In this document: positions 35,908 through 43,570 of the stretch, one piece after another
How positions within the stretch are numbered: position 1 is the stretch's first letter
Layout of the letters: the number at the start of each line of letters is the position of its first letter
NCBI GenBank assembly: GCA_046484585.1
Contig: JAWOIQ010000210.1
Span: 12,238 to 76,237 of the forward strand
Length of the DNA: 64,000 nt
Direction: 5' to 3'
Source of the DNA: Desulfurivibrionaceae bacterium
GTDB lineage: Bacteria > Desulfobacterota > Desulfobulbia > Desulfobulbales > JAGXFP01
The notes under the pieces: generated by a model
Databases searched by the model: none
The model's input: the letters and a program-made list of their open reading frames with translations, nothing else
Told to the model about the DNA's origin: nothing
Made by a program: the position numbers and the translations under genes

Positions 35908-35910
35908 AAA

Positions 35911-35986
35911 ACAGTTCAGGGCTCTGAGTTTAGGGTTTAAAACCAGGAACTAGAAACCTGCACTCAGAACTTTGAACTCTGAACTC
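35911..35986. repeat. Heptamer-family imperfect inverted repeat (hairpin) directly after the giant ORF stop
   Basis: GTTCAGGGCTCTGAGTTTAGGGTTT (35914-35938) versus AAACCTGCACTCAGAACTTTGAAC (35954-35977), which is partly complementary. It uses AGTTCNG/CNGAACT-type units. Confidence 0.6.
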
Positions 35987-36022
35987 AATACTAAATAACT
36001 AAACAAGAGGGGGAAAATATTC

Positions 36023-36838
36023 ATGAGTTTGCGCTTTTTGGGTGTTACGTTTTTAACTGTTATTTTGCTTGGCGGCTGCGGAGGTAATGGGGAAAACATT
36101 GCCAAATTGAACGGCAAGAACATCAGCAAGGCCGAGTTTGAGTCATTTCTGAAGATTAAAAGGGTGCCCGCCGACAACGACAAGAAGCGCGAGCGTCTTC
36201 TCGACCAGTATCTGGAGCGGGAGGCCTTGGCCACGGTCATTGAACAACAGGAATTACTCGATAAACAGATGATTCAGGTCGAGTTGAATGAATTCCGCAA
36301 AGAGATGCTGATCAGCCGTTATTTCGAGAAGTTCCTCAAAGATAAGGTGAGCGACCAGGCTGTGCGCAATTATTACAACACCAATGGCGCCGAATATGAG
36401 CAGAAAAAGGCCCATGCCGCCCATATCCTGATTCGGATTAATAAGCGGATGAGCGAGCCGGAAAGGCAGGCCAAATTGACCACCGCCCAGGATGCTTATT
36501 CACAGGTCAAATCCGGTAAGGAATTTGCCGAGATCGCCAAGAGATATTCCGAAGACAGAATTTCCGCCGAGAAGGGCGGCGATTTGGGCTGGATCAAGGA
36601 AGGCAGTATCGACAAACGTTTCTCGAAGACCATATTTGAAGGCCTCAAGGAAGGCGAGGTCTCGGAACCGTTTGAAACACCTTTTGGGTTTCACATCGTT
36701 AAGATCCTGGAAGCGCCGCAGGTGGTTAAACAACCGTTTGAAGCCGTTTCGGGAGACATCCGTTATCAACTTCGCAGTCAGGCGAAGAAGGCGGAACTGG
36801 AACGGTTAAAAGCGGAGATTGAGATAGAGAAGCTTTGA
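36023..36838 (+). CDS. Lipoprotein parvulin-type peptidyl-prolyl cis-trans isomerase (PpiC/PrsA/SurA-like chaperone)
   Basis: ATG follows a GAGGGGG Shine-Dalgarno-like sequence. The signal peptide has lipobox LLGGC. The C-terminal rotamase motif reads AHILI...GGDLGWIKEGSIDKRFSKTIFEGLKEGEVSEPFETPFGFHIVKILE. Confidence 0.85.
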   Translation: MSLRFLGVTFLTVILLGGCGGNGENIAKLNGKNISKAEFESFLKIKRVPADNDKKRERLLDQYLEREALATVIEQQELLDKQMIQVELNEFRKEMLISRYFEKFLKDKVSDQAVRNYYNTNGAEYEQKKAHAAHILIRINKRMSEPERQAKLTTAQDAYSQVKSGKEFAEIAKRYSEDRISAEKGGDLGWIKEGSIDKRFSKTIFEGLKEGEVSEPFETPFGFHIVKILEAPQVVKQPFEAVSGDIRYQLRSQAKKAELERLKAEIEIEKL

Positions 36839-37016
36839 GTTTCTAGTTTCGAGTTTCTGGTTTCTAGTTCAAAGTTCTGAGCTTTAGTAGTTAACCAGAA
36901 ACCAGAAACCAGAAACCAGAAACCAGAAACCAGAAACCAGAAGCTGTAGTTTCGAACCAGAAACCGGAAACCAGAAACCAGAAACCGGAAACTAGAAACC
37001 GGAAACTAGAAACCGG
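36839..37016. repeat. Heptamer inverted tandem-repeat element (T-rich arm, loop, A-rich arm with 7 perfect AACCAGA copies, then AACCGGA/AACTAGA variants)
   Basis: It starts on the base after the TGA stop. GTTTCTAGTTTCGAGTTTCTGGTTTCTAGTTC... occupies 36839-36887. (AACCAGA)x7 occupies 36893-36941. Degenerate units continue to 37016. Confidence 0.9.
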
Positions 37017-37048
37017 TCCTTAACCCCAAACCCCGAAACAGGTTAATA

Positions 37049-37894
37049 ATGAATCGCTTTCTAATACTTGCCTTAATGGCCCTCTTTATATTGCCCGGCT
37101 GCGGTGACAAGAACGAAGAGGTCAAACTGCCGGGTGATTCCGAGGTGTTGGCCACGGTAAACGGCTCCGTCATCAGCCGGTTTGATCTCGACTTGAGCAT
37201 CGAAACCATGATGGGCCGGGAAGAAGCGGAAAAGATCGACGCGGCCGGACGCGGAAAGGTCCTTGAAAGTCTGGTCATGAGCCGCGCTATTTCCCAGGCC
37301 CGGGCGCAAGTTGCCCCAGCCGATGATCTGGCCGTGATTAACCGGAAAGCCGCGGCCTACCGTGAAAAGCTGTTGGTCAGGCAGTACCTTGCCAAGAATG
37401 CCCCTCCTCAGCCTGTTACCCGGGAGATGATCAGGGATTATTACCTGAACCACCTTGATGAATTCGGCGCGAAAAAGGAACGGGTTTACGAGATGATCTC
37501 CAGCAAGCGGCCGTTGAAGGCGGAAGAACGTAACGCCTTGCTGGAAAAATTGCGGAAACCCGAAGAAAAGAGGGATTGGCGCAAATGGGTGGAGGAACTT
37601 CAAAAGCAGGGATATCCGTTAGCCTATAGGCGGGGCGCTGTCGTCGAGAAGATCCTCCATCCGCAACTGCGGAAGATGCTGGAGTCCCTGAAAAAAAATG
37701 AGCCATCCCCCCTGACCTTTATCAAGGACATTTGCTATCTGGTGAAAATTGTTGAGGAGAAGGACCAACCCGCCCGTCCCTTAAAAGAGGTGAGCGGCCA
37801 AATCCGGAAAATGCTTGTCCCGGTGCAACTTAAAAAGTCGATAGAACAGGTTTCTCGGGAAGTGCTGGAGAAGGCTGAGGTTGAATATAGGTGA
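37049..37894 (+). CDS. Lipoprotein, SurA-N-terminal-like / degenerate PPIase-family chaperone paralogue
   Basis: The signal peptide has lipobox ILPGC. VLATVNGSVISRFDLD... is typical of the SurA/PpiD N-terminal chaperone domain. The C-terminal region only weakly resembles a rotamase, and no clear catalytic motif is present. Confidence 0.6.
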   Translation: MNRFLILALMALFILPGCGDKNEEVKLPGDSEVLATVNGSVISRFDLDLSIETMMGREEAEKIDAAGRGKVLESLVMSRAISQARAQVAPADDLAVINRKAAAYREKLLVRQYLAKNAPPQPVTREMIRDYYLNHLDEFGAKKERVYEMISSKRPLKAEERNALLEKLRKPEEKRDWRKWVEELQKQGYPLAYRRGAVVEKILHPQLRKMLESLKKNEPSPLTFIKDICYLVKIVEEKDQPARPLKEVSGQIRKMLVPVQLKKSIEQVSREVLEKAEVEYR

Positions 37895-38085
37895 GTTTCT
37901 GGTTTCTAGTTTCTAGTTCGGAGTTCGGAGTTCAGAGTACCTAGTTGTTAGTTGAGAACCAGAAACCCGAATATAAGTGAGTTTCTAGTTTCTGGTTTCT
38001 AGTTCAAAGTTCTGAGCTTTAGTAGTTAACCAGAAACTAGAAACCGGAAACCAGAAACCGGTTCTTCAAACCCGAAACTCGGAAG
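37895..38085. repeat. Two consecutive heptamer hairpin elements
   Basis: The element starts on the base after the TGA stop. Unit 1 (37895-37970) reads GTTTCTGGTTTCTAGTTTCTAGTTCGGAGTTCGGAGTTCAGAG...GAGAACCAGAAACCCGAA. Unit 2 (37981-38060) contains a 51-nt stretch identical to 36852-36902. Confidence 0.9.
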
Positions 38086-38105
38086 TTACCCTAACCCGAT
38101 GAACT

Positions 38106-41100
38106 GTGATGCGATTAAAAACCAAAGCGAATAAAACATGCCTTCCTGTTGGCCCCTTTTGTGCAGTGGCCGCTCTTCTTTATTTTACCCTGGCAGTCAC
38201 GGCGAATATCGCATCGGCGGAGATCATTGCCCAGCCGAAGGATCAGCGTGTATTCGAAGGAGAGACGGCTGGATTTTCGGTGTCTGCGCATGGTGGCGAT
38301 CCGCGGTTCCAATGGCAAAGGGACGACAGCGACATTCCGGGAGCGACTTCGGACTCGTATTCCCTGGAAAATGTCCAATCAAGCGACGACGGCAGTTGGT
38401 TTCGGGCTAATGTAGCAACCTCCACGGACAGCGAAATGAGCCAGGAGGCGCAGCTGGTTGTCTTCGAAAAGGGTGATCTTGACCGAAACGGGGAAATTAA
38501 CAAAGATGATGTGGCTATCCTCCGGCACTATTTTGATAAGAATACCGGAAATAGTGATGAATGCGACCTGAATGAAGACGGCCGGATCGATGTGCATGAT
38601 CTGAAGCTACTCAAACAGTATTGTGCCAACGATAATTGCGGAAGAAGTGAGCCAAATCCGCCGATTATAATTCATCATCCTGAAAGCAAAGCCGTGACCG
38701 AGGGGCAATCCGCTAAATTCGAAGTGCTGATTTCCCCTCCGGAACATGGTGACGACAACAATCCCGAGAAACAGAAGATCTCCTACCAGTGGCAAAAAAA
38801 CGGTGACGACATTGTCGGCGCCACCAGTGGTGTGTTGCGGCTGGAAAACCTTTCGCTCAGCGATAACGGGAGCAGACTTGTCTGTCTCATCTCCTATGAT
38901 TCCGGCGCTTTTTTCAGCAGGCCGGCCCGGATTTTTGTGCGGAAAGAGAAGGATCTTGCCGGGCTCAAGTCTTCCGATCGGCAACTCCTGATCACCAGCC
39001 AACCGTTCAGCCGAAGCGTCTCGGAGGGCGGTGATGTCCGGTTTACGGTCAAGGCTCTCGGCAAAAATCCGCGCTACCAGTGGCAGAGAAACGGCGAAGA
39101 CATCGAGGGCGCCACCGGTGGCGAATATCGCCGCACGGATATAGCCCTTTCTGAAAGCGGCAGCCGGTTTCGGTGCGTCATTACCGATAAGGACGGTAAC
39201 GAAGTGATCGGCGAGGAGGCCGTGCTTACCGTCTTTCCCCGGGCGGATTACGACTGGGACGGCAATATCGATAAGTATGATGTAAATGTCTTGCGCTATT
39301 ACCTGGGTAAAAATGGTCTGTCATTCAAGGCCTACGATTTTGACGGGGACGGGTTTATCTCCCTTAATGATTTGCGGATCCTGATGGACCAGTGCCATTG
39401 CCCCCGCTGCCAGCAACCGGTGCTGCCGACCATCACCGGGCAACCGGCGGATTTAACCGTAGTCGAAGGCCAACCGGCGACCTTTGCCGTGAGCGCAGCT
39501 TCCATCGGCAGAAAGTTTACCTATCAATGGCAGGAAAACGGGATCGATATTGAAGGCGCCACTCGGGCCACATACACCTTTGTCCCTGATCTGTACGACC
39601 ACTGGAAAACATATCGCTGCGTGGTTTCCAATGTTATGGGCAGCGTGGTGAGCGACAGCGCCACCCTTGAAGTCGAAATGGATGTTCCGCCAAACACGGA
39701 AGAGGTGTCAAGCAGCGGGGTTGCCTGGCAAGGTCAATTCGCCTTGCTGAACTGGGACGAACCGGCGGGGTATCGATATCAAATTCATCGCGGCTCCAAA
39801 CCCGAGGCGCTTTCCCTGTTGACCGAAGTTGAAGCCTCGCCCTATCTTGACGAAACGGCTGAATATTATTTCGGCTGGTATTACCGCTTCGCAACCATCA
39901 AGGACTATTTTCACCCGGTGAGCAATAAGGTCTATCACAGCGTCGGGCCATTGTCCGATCCCATCTATCTTACCGCGCAACCGAGCCCCAAGGTGACAAT
40001 TTTAAATACCATGGTGGAAGCCGATGGCTCTTACTCCAGGTATTTTGATCCGGATAATCTTAATGTAGCCGGGGTCTATGAAGCCATGGAGGGACCGGTG
40101 AGTATCAATGGTGCCCTCGGATCCAAACTTGTCAGCACCACCGGTGAAAACGGCAATTTCTCCATTCTTCTCAATGAACCCGGCGCCTGGCGTATCGAGC
40201 TGGCCGAGACCGATGGCTGGCGCAGTGTTACGGCGATGCTCAACCTTAAAATCGATCTCCGAAAACCGACCCTCGTTGTCAGCGGCGCAACCGAACAGAC
40301 GACCAGCGATTCCTTTTTCGTGATTACCGGTCAGGCCGGAGATAATGAATCAGGATTGAAGTCCGTGACGGTGACCTCCGGCCGTTTCCCTGATCTGACT
40401 TTTGGAGCGCTTATTGAAAACAACGGGACATTCTCGAGCAATGTGCCGGTGGCGATAGGGGATAATCAGATAACCGTTATGGCCAGGGACCGATACGGCA
40501 ATGAGTCGCAAACGGCTATCTCCGTTACGTGTACTTTGCCGGCTCTGCCGCTGATAAATATTTTAAATCCTGAAAATGGCGCCACTGTAGAAACCGGCCA
40601 GGCCGAGCTTGCCGGGACGGTGCGGTCAAGTCTGCCGCCAGGTCAGATCAGACTCTTTTTTGAAAACCAGGTTTATTTCCCGTCCGGTAGTGACGGCGAA
40701 TATACTTTCACCATTCCCGGTGTTCAGTTGCAGAGTGGCGCAAATACCCTGGAGATCCGGGCCGAAAGCCCCTATGGCACCGTTTCGGCCCAGACCACGG
40801 TTTATTACCGGACCGGGCAAGGAGATGATCCTGATGGGCCGCCGGCCGGCGAGCTTCAAAGAAATCTGCCGCAAATTGAAATTCTTACTCCGCTGCCCGA
40901 CAGGTATCTTACAGAAAGCTCATTTCCGGTAAGCGGTTATGCGCGCGGCGACAATGGGATTTCTTCGGTGCTGGTTAATGGTGTAAATGCCTCCGTCACC
41001 GGAGCCGGCGAGGAGGTATCCTTTGAGGCGCGGCTTGACTTCAACGGCAATGCCGAACTCGTTGTTGAGGTTGAAGCGCTGGATCGCAAGGGTTTGAGTA

Positions 41101-42896
41101 CTTCGCTGCAATATAAGGTTCTGTTTGATGAAGGTCCTCCCGTGCTGTCCTTGAATAATGGCGGTCTGCAGCCGGCCCCGGCAATAAACTCCGTGCTCGA
41201 AACGCCGTATCCATTATCCGGTATTGTAAAAGATGCCAATCTGGCGGGATTGTCGATTAACGACCAGCCTTTGCATGTTCTGCCCGTCGATCAGGAAAAT
41301 TATACGTTTGATGCCGATATCGGACTGGTCCGCGGCCAGGAGTCGCTGTTAGTTCTCTCGGCCTGGGACATGGCCGGCAACCGTACCGATTCCGAAATCA
41401 TTCTCCGCCACGATGCCGGCATCGATATTGAAATCATCTCTCCCCGGCCCGACAGCGAACTTCCGGTCAGAGGGGATATTGCCCAGATCGAAGTGACTTT
41501 GCGCATGGCGGGCATGGCGGATGACGACCTCGTTTCCGTGAGTATTGACGGAGAACCGGCTTCAAGTCTATCCAGGGAGGCGACAACGGTACATGGCACC
41601 GCCCCCGTGCCGACTGCGGAGAGTGAGCATGAACTGGCGGTCGAGGTGCATAGTGTCGACGGGGCTCTTTTGGCACGTGCCGGCAGCTATTTTACCGTGG
41701 TCGATCTGGACAGCATTCCGCTGGCCCTGGATCGTCAAGAACCGGAAAATGGCGCCTGGGGTGTTGAGACCAACGGCTATATCGCCCTGTACTTCAACAA
41801 ACCAATCGACCCGGCCTTGTTGGCGGTCGAAGTACGGGAAACCGTTCATGGCCTGGATTATACCTATCCCGACAGCGGCGCCGATATTTCGCAGCAGAGC
41901 AAAATAGAGCTTGTCGAAGTCCATCGGGATCGTGAGCCGGTGCCCGGCGCGCTTGCCCATTTCCCCGAAAAAACAATGACGGCCTTTTACCCTGAACGCA
42001 CTCTTGCATTCGGTGCAACCGAGTACGTTTCGGTAATTTATGACGGCGATGAACTGGCAACCTCAACCTTTGAGACAAGAGCCTTGCCGACCTTTATCCA
42101 GGGCTTTGTCGTGGATCAGTTCAGACAGCCCCTGGAAGGCGTTATCGTCTCCATCCCGAAACTCCGGCGCACAGCGGTTACCGATAACGAGGGCAGCTTC
42201 ACCTTCGGCATCGGTGAAAATACAGATCGGACTATTCCGGCCGGACGTTATTCGGCAATCGCAAACCCCGGTCTGCTGAACCGTTCCTTGGGGTCGGCTG
42301 AATTCTGGGTATCGGTGAGGGAGGGCAGGCTCAATTCGGTAGGGGTGACGTCCTTGCCGATCCTGAACCCAACCGAGCCTTTCCGGCGGATAGCCTCCGG
42401 TGATTATCCGGTGCTCCTCGCCGCCGGAGAGTTCATCCTTGATCTCAGCGAGGCGGCGCTTGAATTTGCGGACGGCAGCGGGGCGGGGAATGTTCACACC
42501 CAATTCATGGATGTCGCGCAACTGCCTTATAAATTCCGGCCTTCGGCCATGCCCCAGTGGGCTTTTGTGACTAATCCCGGCGGCATAAACGTGAGCGGCC
42601 CGGTCGGCCTCACTTTTAAAATGCCCGCCTTGCTGGGCAGCTATGACTATATAGAAAGGATCGGCGAGCGGGTGGTGTTGATCGGGCTGGATCCCAACTC
42701 CCTGCAACTGGTTCCGGTCGGGGTCGGAAAAGTCGATCCGGCAGCCAACCGGGTCTTGAGCGAAGGCAAGGTCGGCCTGAAGCGTTTGGATTGTCTTGCC
42801 TACGGTTTGGTCGATCCCGATAAGCAACCCTATTTGGAAAGCTATGCCAAAGGCGAGATAAGCCTCTCGGAATTGACGATGAGATTAGAAGAATAA
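38106..42896 (+). CDS. Secreted 1,596-aa protein: four Ig-like (I-set-like) domains interleaved with two dockerin-type Ca-binding modules, further Ig-like/beta-sandwich domains and a CarboxypepD_reg-like domain
   Basis: The signal peptide reads ...LYFTLAVTANIASA/E. The Ig-like signature (F.WQ.NG.DI.GAT...Y.L.....D.G..F.C) repeats four times. FIQGFVVDQFRQPLEGVIVSI...TDNEGSFTF is CarbopepD_reg-like. The start may be GTG 38106 or ATG 38109. Confidence 0.8.
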   Translation: MMRLKTKANKTCLPVGPFCAVAALLYFTLAVTANIASAEIIAQPKDQRVFEGETAGFSVSAHGGDPRFQWQRDDSDIPGATSDSYSLENVQSSDDGSWFRANVATSTDSEMSQEAQLVVFEKGDLDRNGEINKDDVAILRHYFDKNTGNSDECDLNEDGRIDVHDLKLLKQYCANDNCGRSEPNPPIIIHHPESKAVTEGQSAKFEVLISPPEHGDDNNPEKQKISYQWQKNGDDIVGATSGVLRLENLSLSDNGSRLVCLISYDSGAFFSRPARIFVRKEKDLAGLKSSDRQLLITSQPFSRSVSEGGDVRFTVKALGKNPRYQWQRNGEDIEGATGGEYRRTDIALSESGSRFRCVITDKDGNEVIGEEAVLTVFPRADYDWDGNIDKYDVNVLRYYLGKNGLSFKAYDFDGDGFISLNDLRILMDQCHCPRCQQPVLPTITGQPADLTVVEGQPATFAVSAASIGRKFTYQWQENGIDIEGATRATYTFVPDLYDHWKTYRCVVSNVMGSVVSDSATLEVEMDVPPNTEEVSSSGVAWQGQFALLNWDEPAGYRYQIHRGSKPEALSLLTEVEASPYLDETAEYYFGWYYRFATIKDYFHPVSNKVYHSVGPLSDPIYLTAQPSPKVTILNTMVEADGSYSRYFDPDNLNVAGVYEAMEGPVSINGALGSKLVSTTGENGNFSILLNEPGAWRIELAETDGWRSVTAMLNLKIDLRKPTLVVSGATEQTTSDSFFVITGQAGDNESGLKSVTVTSGRFPDLTFGALIENNGTFSSNVPVAIGDNQITVMARDRYGNESQTAISVTCTLPALPLINILNPENGATVETGQAELAGTVRSSLPPGQIRLFFENQVYFPSGSDGEYTFTIPGVQLQSGANTLEIRAESPYGTVSAQTTVYYRTGQGDDPDGPPAGELQRNLPQIEILTPLPDRYLTESSFPVSGYARGDNGISSVLVNGVNASVTGAGEEVSFEARLDFNGNAELVVEVEALDRKGLSTSLQYKVLFDEGPPVLSLNNGGLQPAPAINSVLETPYPLSGIVKDANLAGLSINDQPLHVLPVDQENYTFDADIGLVRGQESLLVLSAWDMAGNRTDSEIILRHDAGIDIEIISPRPDSELPVRGDIAQIEVTLRMAGMADDDLVSVSIDGEPASSLSREATTVHGTAPVPTAESEHELAVEVHSVDGALLARAGSYFTVVDLDSIPLALDRQEPENGAWGVETNGYIALYFNKPIDPALLAVEVRETVHGLDYTYPDSGADISQQSKIELVEVHRDREPVPGALAHFPEKTMTAFYPERTLAFGATEYVSVIYDGDELATSTFETRALPTFIQGFVVDQFRQPLEGVIVSIPKLRRTAVTDNEGSFTFGIGENTDRTIPAGRYSAIANPGLLNRSLGSAEFWVSVREGRLNSVGVTSLPILNPTEPFRRIASGDYPVLLAAGEFILDLSEAALEFADGSGAGNVHTQFMDVAQLPYKFRPSAMPQWAFVTNPGGINVSGPVGLTFKMPALLGSYDYIERIGERVVLIGLDPNSLQLVPVGVGKVDPAANRVLSEGKVGLKRLDCLAYGLVDPDKQPYLESYAKGEISLSELTMRLEE
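38472..38625 (+). other. Dockerin type-I-like module 1 (duplicated EF-hand-like Ca loops)
   Basis: GDLDRNGEINKDDVAILRHYF...CDLNEDGRIDVHDLKLLKQYC has two DxDxNGxIdxxD loops, each followed by a helix. Confidence 0.65.
39243..39395 (+). other. Dockerin type-I-like module 2
   Basis: ADYDWDGNIDKYDVNVLRYYLGKNG...YDFDGDGFISLNDLRILMDQC. Confidence 0.65.
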
Positions 42897-42900
42897 CAAA

Positions 42901-43030
42901 AGTTCCTAGTTCCTAGTTCCTGGTTTCTAGTTCAGGGTTAAAAGCCCGAAACTCGAAACCAGAAACTCGAAACCAGAAATTCGAAACCAGAAATTCGAAA
43001 CCAGAAACCAGAAACCAGAAACCAGAAACT
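42901..43030. repeat. Heptamer / 14-mer inverted tandem-repeat element
   Basis: (AGTTCCT)x3 occupies 42901-42921, followed by GGTTTCTAGTTCAGGGTT. The A-rich arm has four 14-mers CGAAACCAGAAA(C/T)(T/C) at 42954-43009. These overlap (AACCAGA)x4 at 42999-43026. Confidence 0.9.
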
Positions 43031-43039
43031 AATTTGACA

Positions 43040-43441
43040 ATGGCGACTATTACGCGATTTGAAGATATTGATGCCTGGCAAAAAGCTCGTGAGCTTACTG
43101 CTGCTATTTATAGAGAGAGTCGTACTGGGGCTTTTGCGAAAGATTTTGGTTTGCGCGATCAAATTTGTCGGGCTGTCGTTTCGGTCATGTCGAATATTGC
43201 GGAAGGATTTGATCGGGACGGGAATAGAGAGTTCATGAATTTTCTTTCTATCGCTAAAGGTTCTGCCGCGGAGGTGACCTCTCAGCTCTATATTGCAAAA
43301 GATATCGGCTACATAGATGATGAGAGGTTTGACGAATTATACAAGCTTGCCAAGGAAGTAGGGTCATTGATCGGAGGTTTCATGAAATATCTGGGAAATT
43401 CAAAAATGGCCGGAAACAAATTCAAACACTCAAAAAAATGA
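43040..43441 (+). CDS. Four-helix-bundle protein of the 23S rRNA-intervening-sequence (S23p) / DGR Avd-like family
   Basis: MATITRFEDIDAWQKARELTAAIY...DQICRAVVSVMSNIAEGFDR...EFMNFLSIAKGSAAEVTSQLYIAKDIGYI is the family signature (W.ka..l......p..e...l..Q..ra..Si..NIAEG..r....ef..fl.iA.gS..E....l). I prefer ATG 43040 over the track's TTG 43034. Confidence 0.85.
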   Translation: MATITRFEDIDAWQKARELTAAIYRESRTGAFAKDFGLRDQICRAVVSVMSNIAEGFDRDGNREFMNFLSIAKGSAAEVTSQLYIAKDIGYIDDERFDELYKLAKEVGSLIGGFMKYLGNSKMAGNKFKHSKK

Positions 43442-43446
43442 AGAAA

Positions 43447-43570
43447 GTTTTGAGTTCCGAGTTCAGGAACCTAAAACCAGGAACTAGGAACTAGAAACCA
43501 GAAGTCCGAAACCAGAAGTCCGAAACCAGAAGTCCGAAACCCGGAACCAGAAACCAGGAACTAGAAACAC
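43447..43570. repeat. Heptamer / 14-mer inverted tandem-repeat element
   Basis: GTTTTGAGTTCCGAGTTCAGGAACC is followed by AAACCAGGAACTAGGAACTAG. Three perfect 14-mers AAACCAGAAGTCCG occupy 43495-43536. AACCAGAAACCAGGAACTAGAAAC follows them. Confidence 0.9.

Noticed and set aside
26188-35904. Module array as an assembly artefact (mis-joined or duplicated repeats)
   Set aside because: The seven modules differ substantially in sequence and in length (1323-1476 nt) and stay in frame throughout. That pattern is not what collapsed or duplicated near-identical repeats would give. Long-read confirmation is still advisable.
36839-43570. CRISPR arrays as an explanation for the intergenic repeats
   Set aside because: The period is 7 or 14 nt with no unique spacers, the repeats are far shorter than CRISPR repeats, and no cas genes are present.
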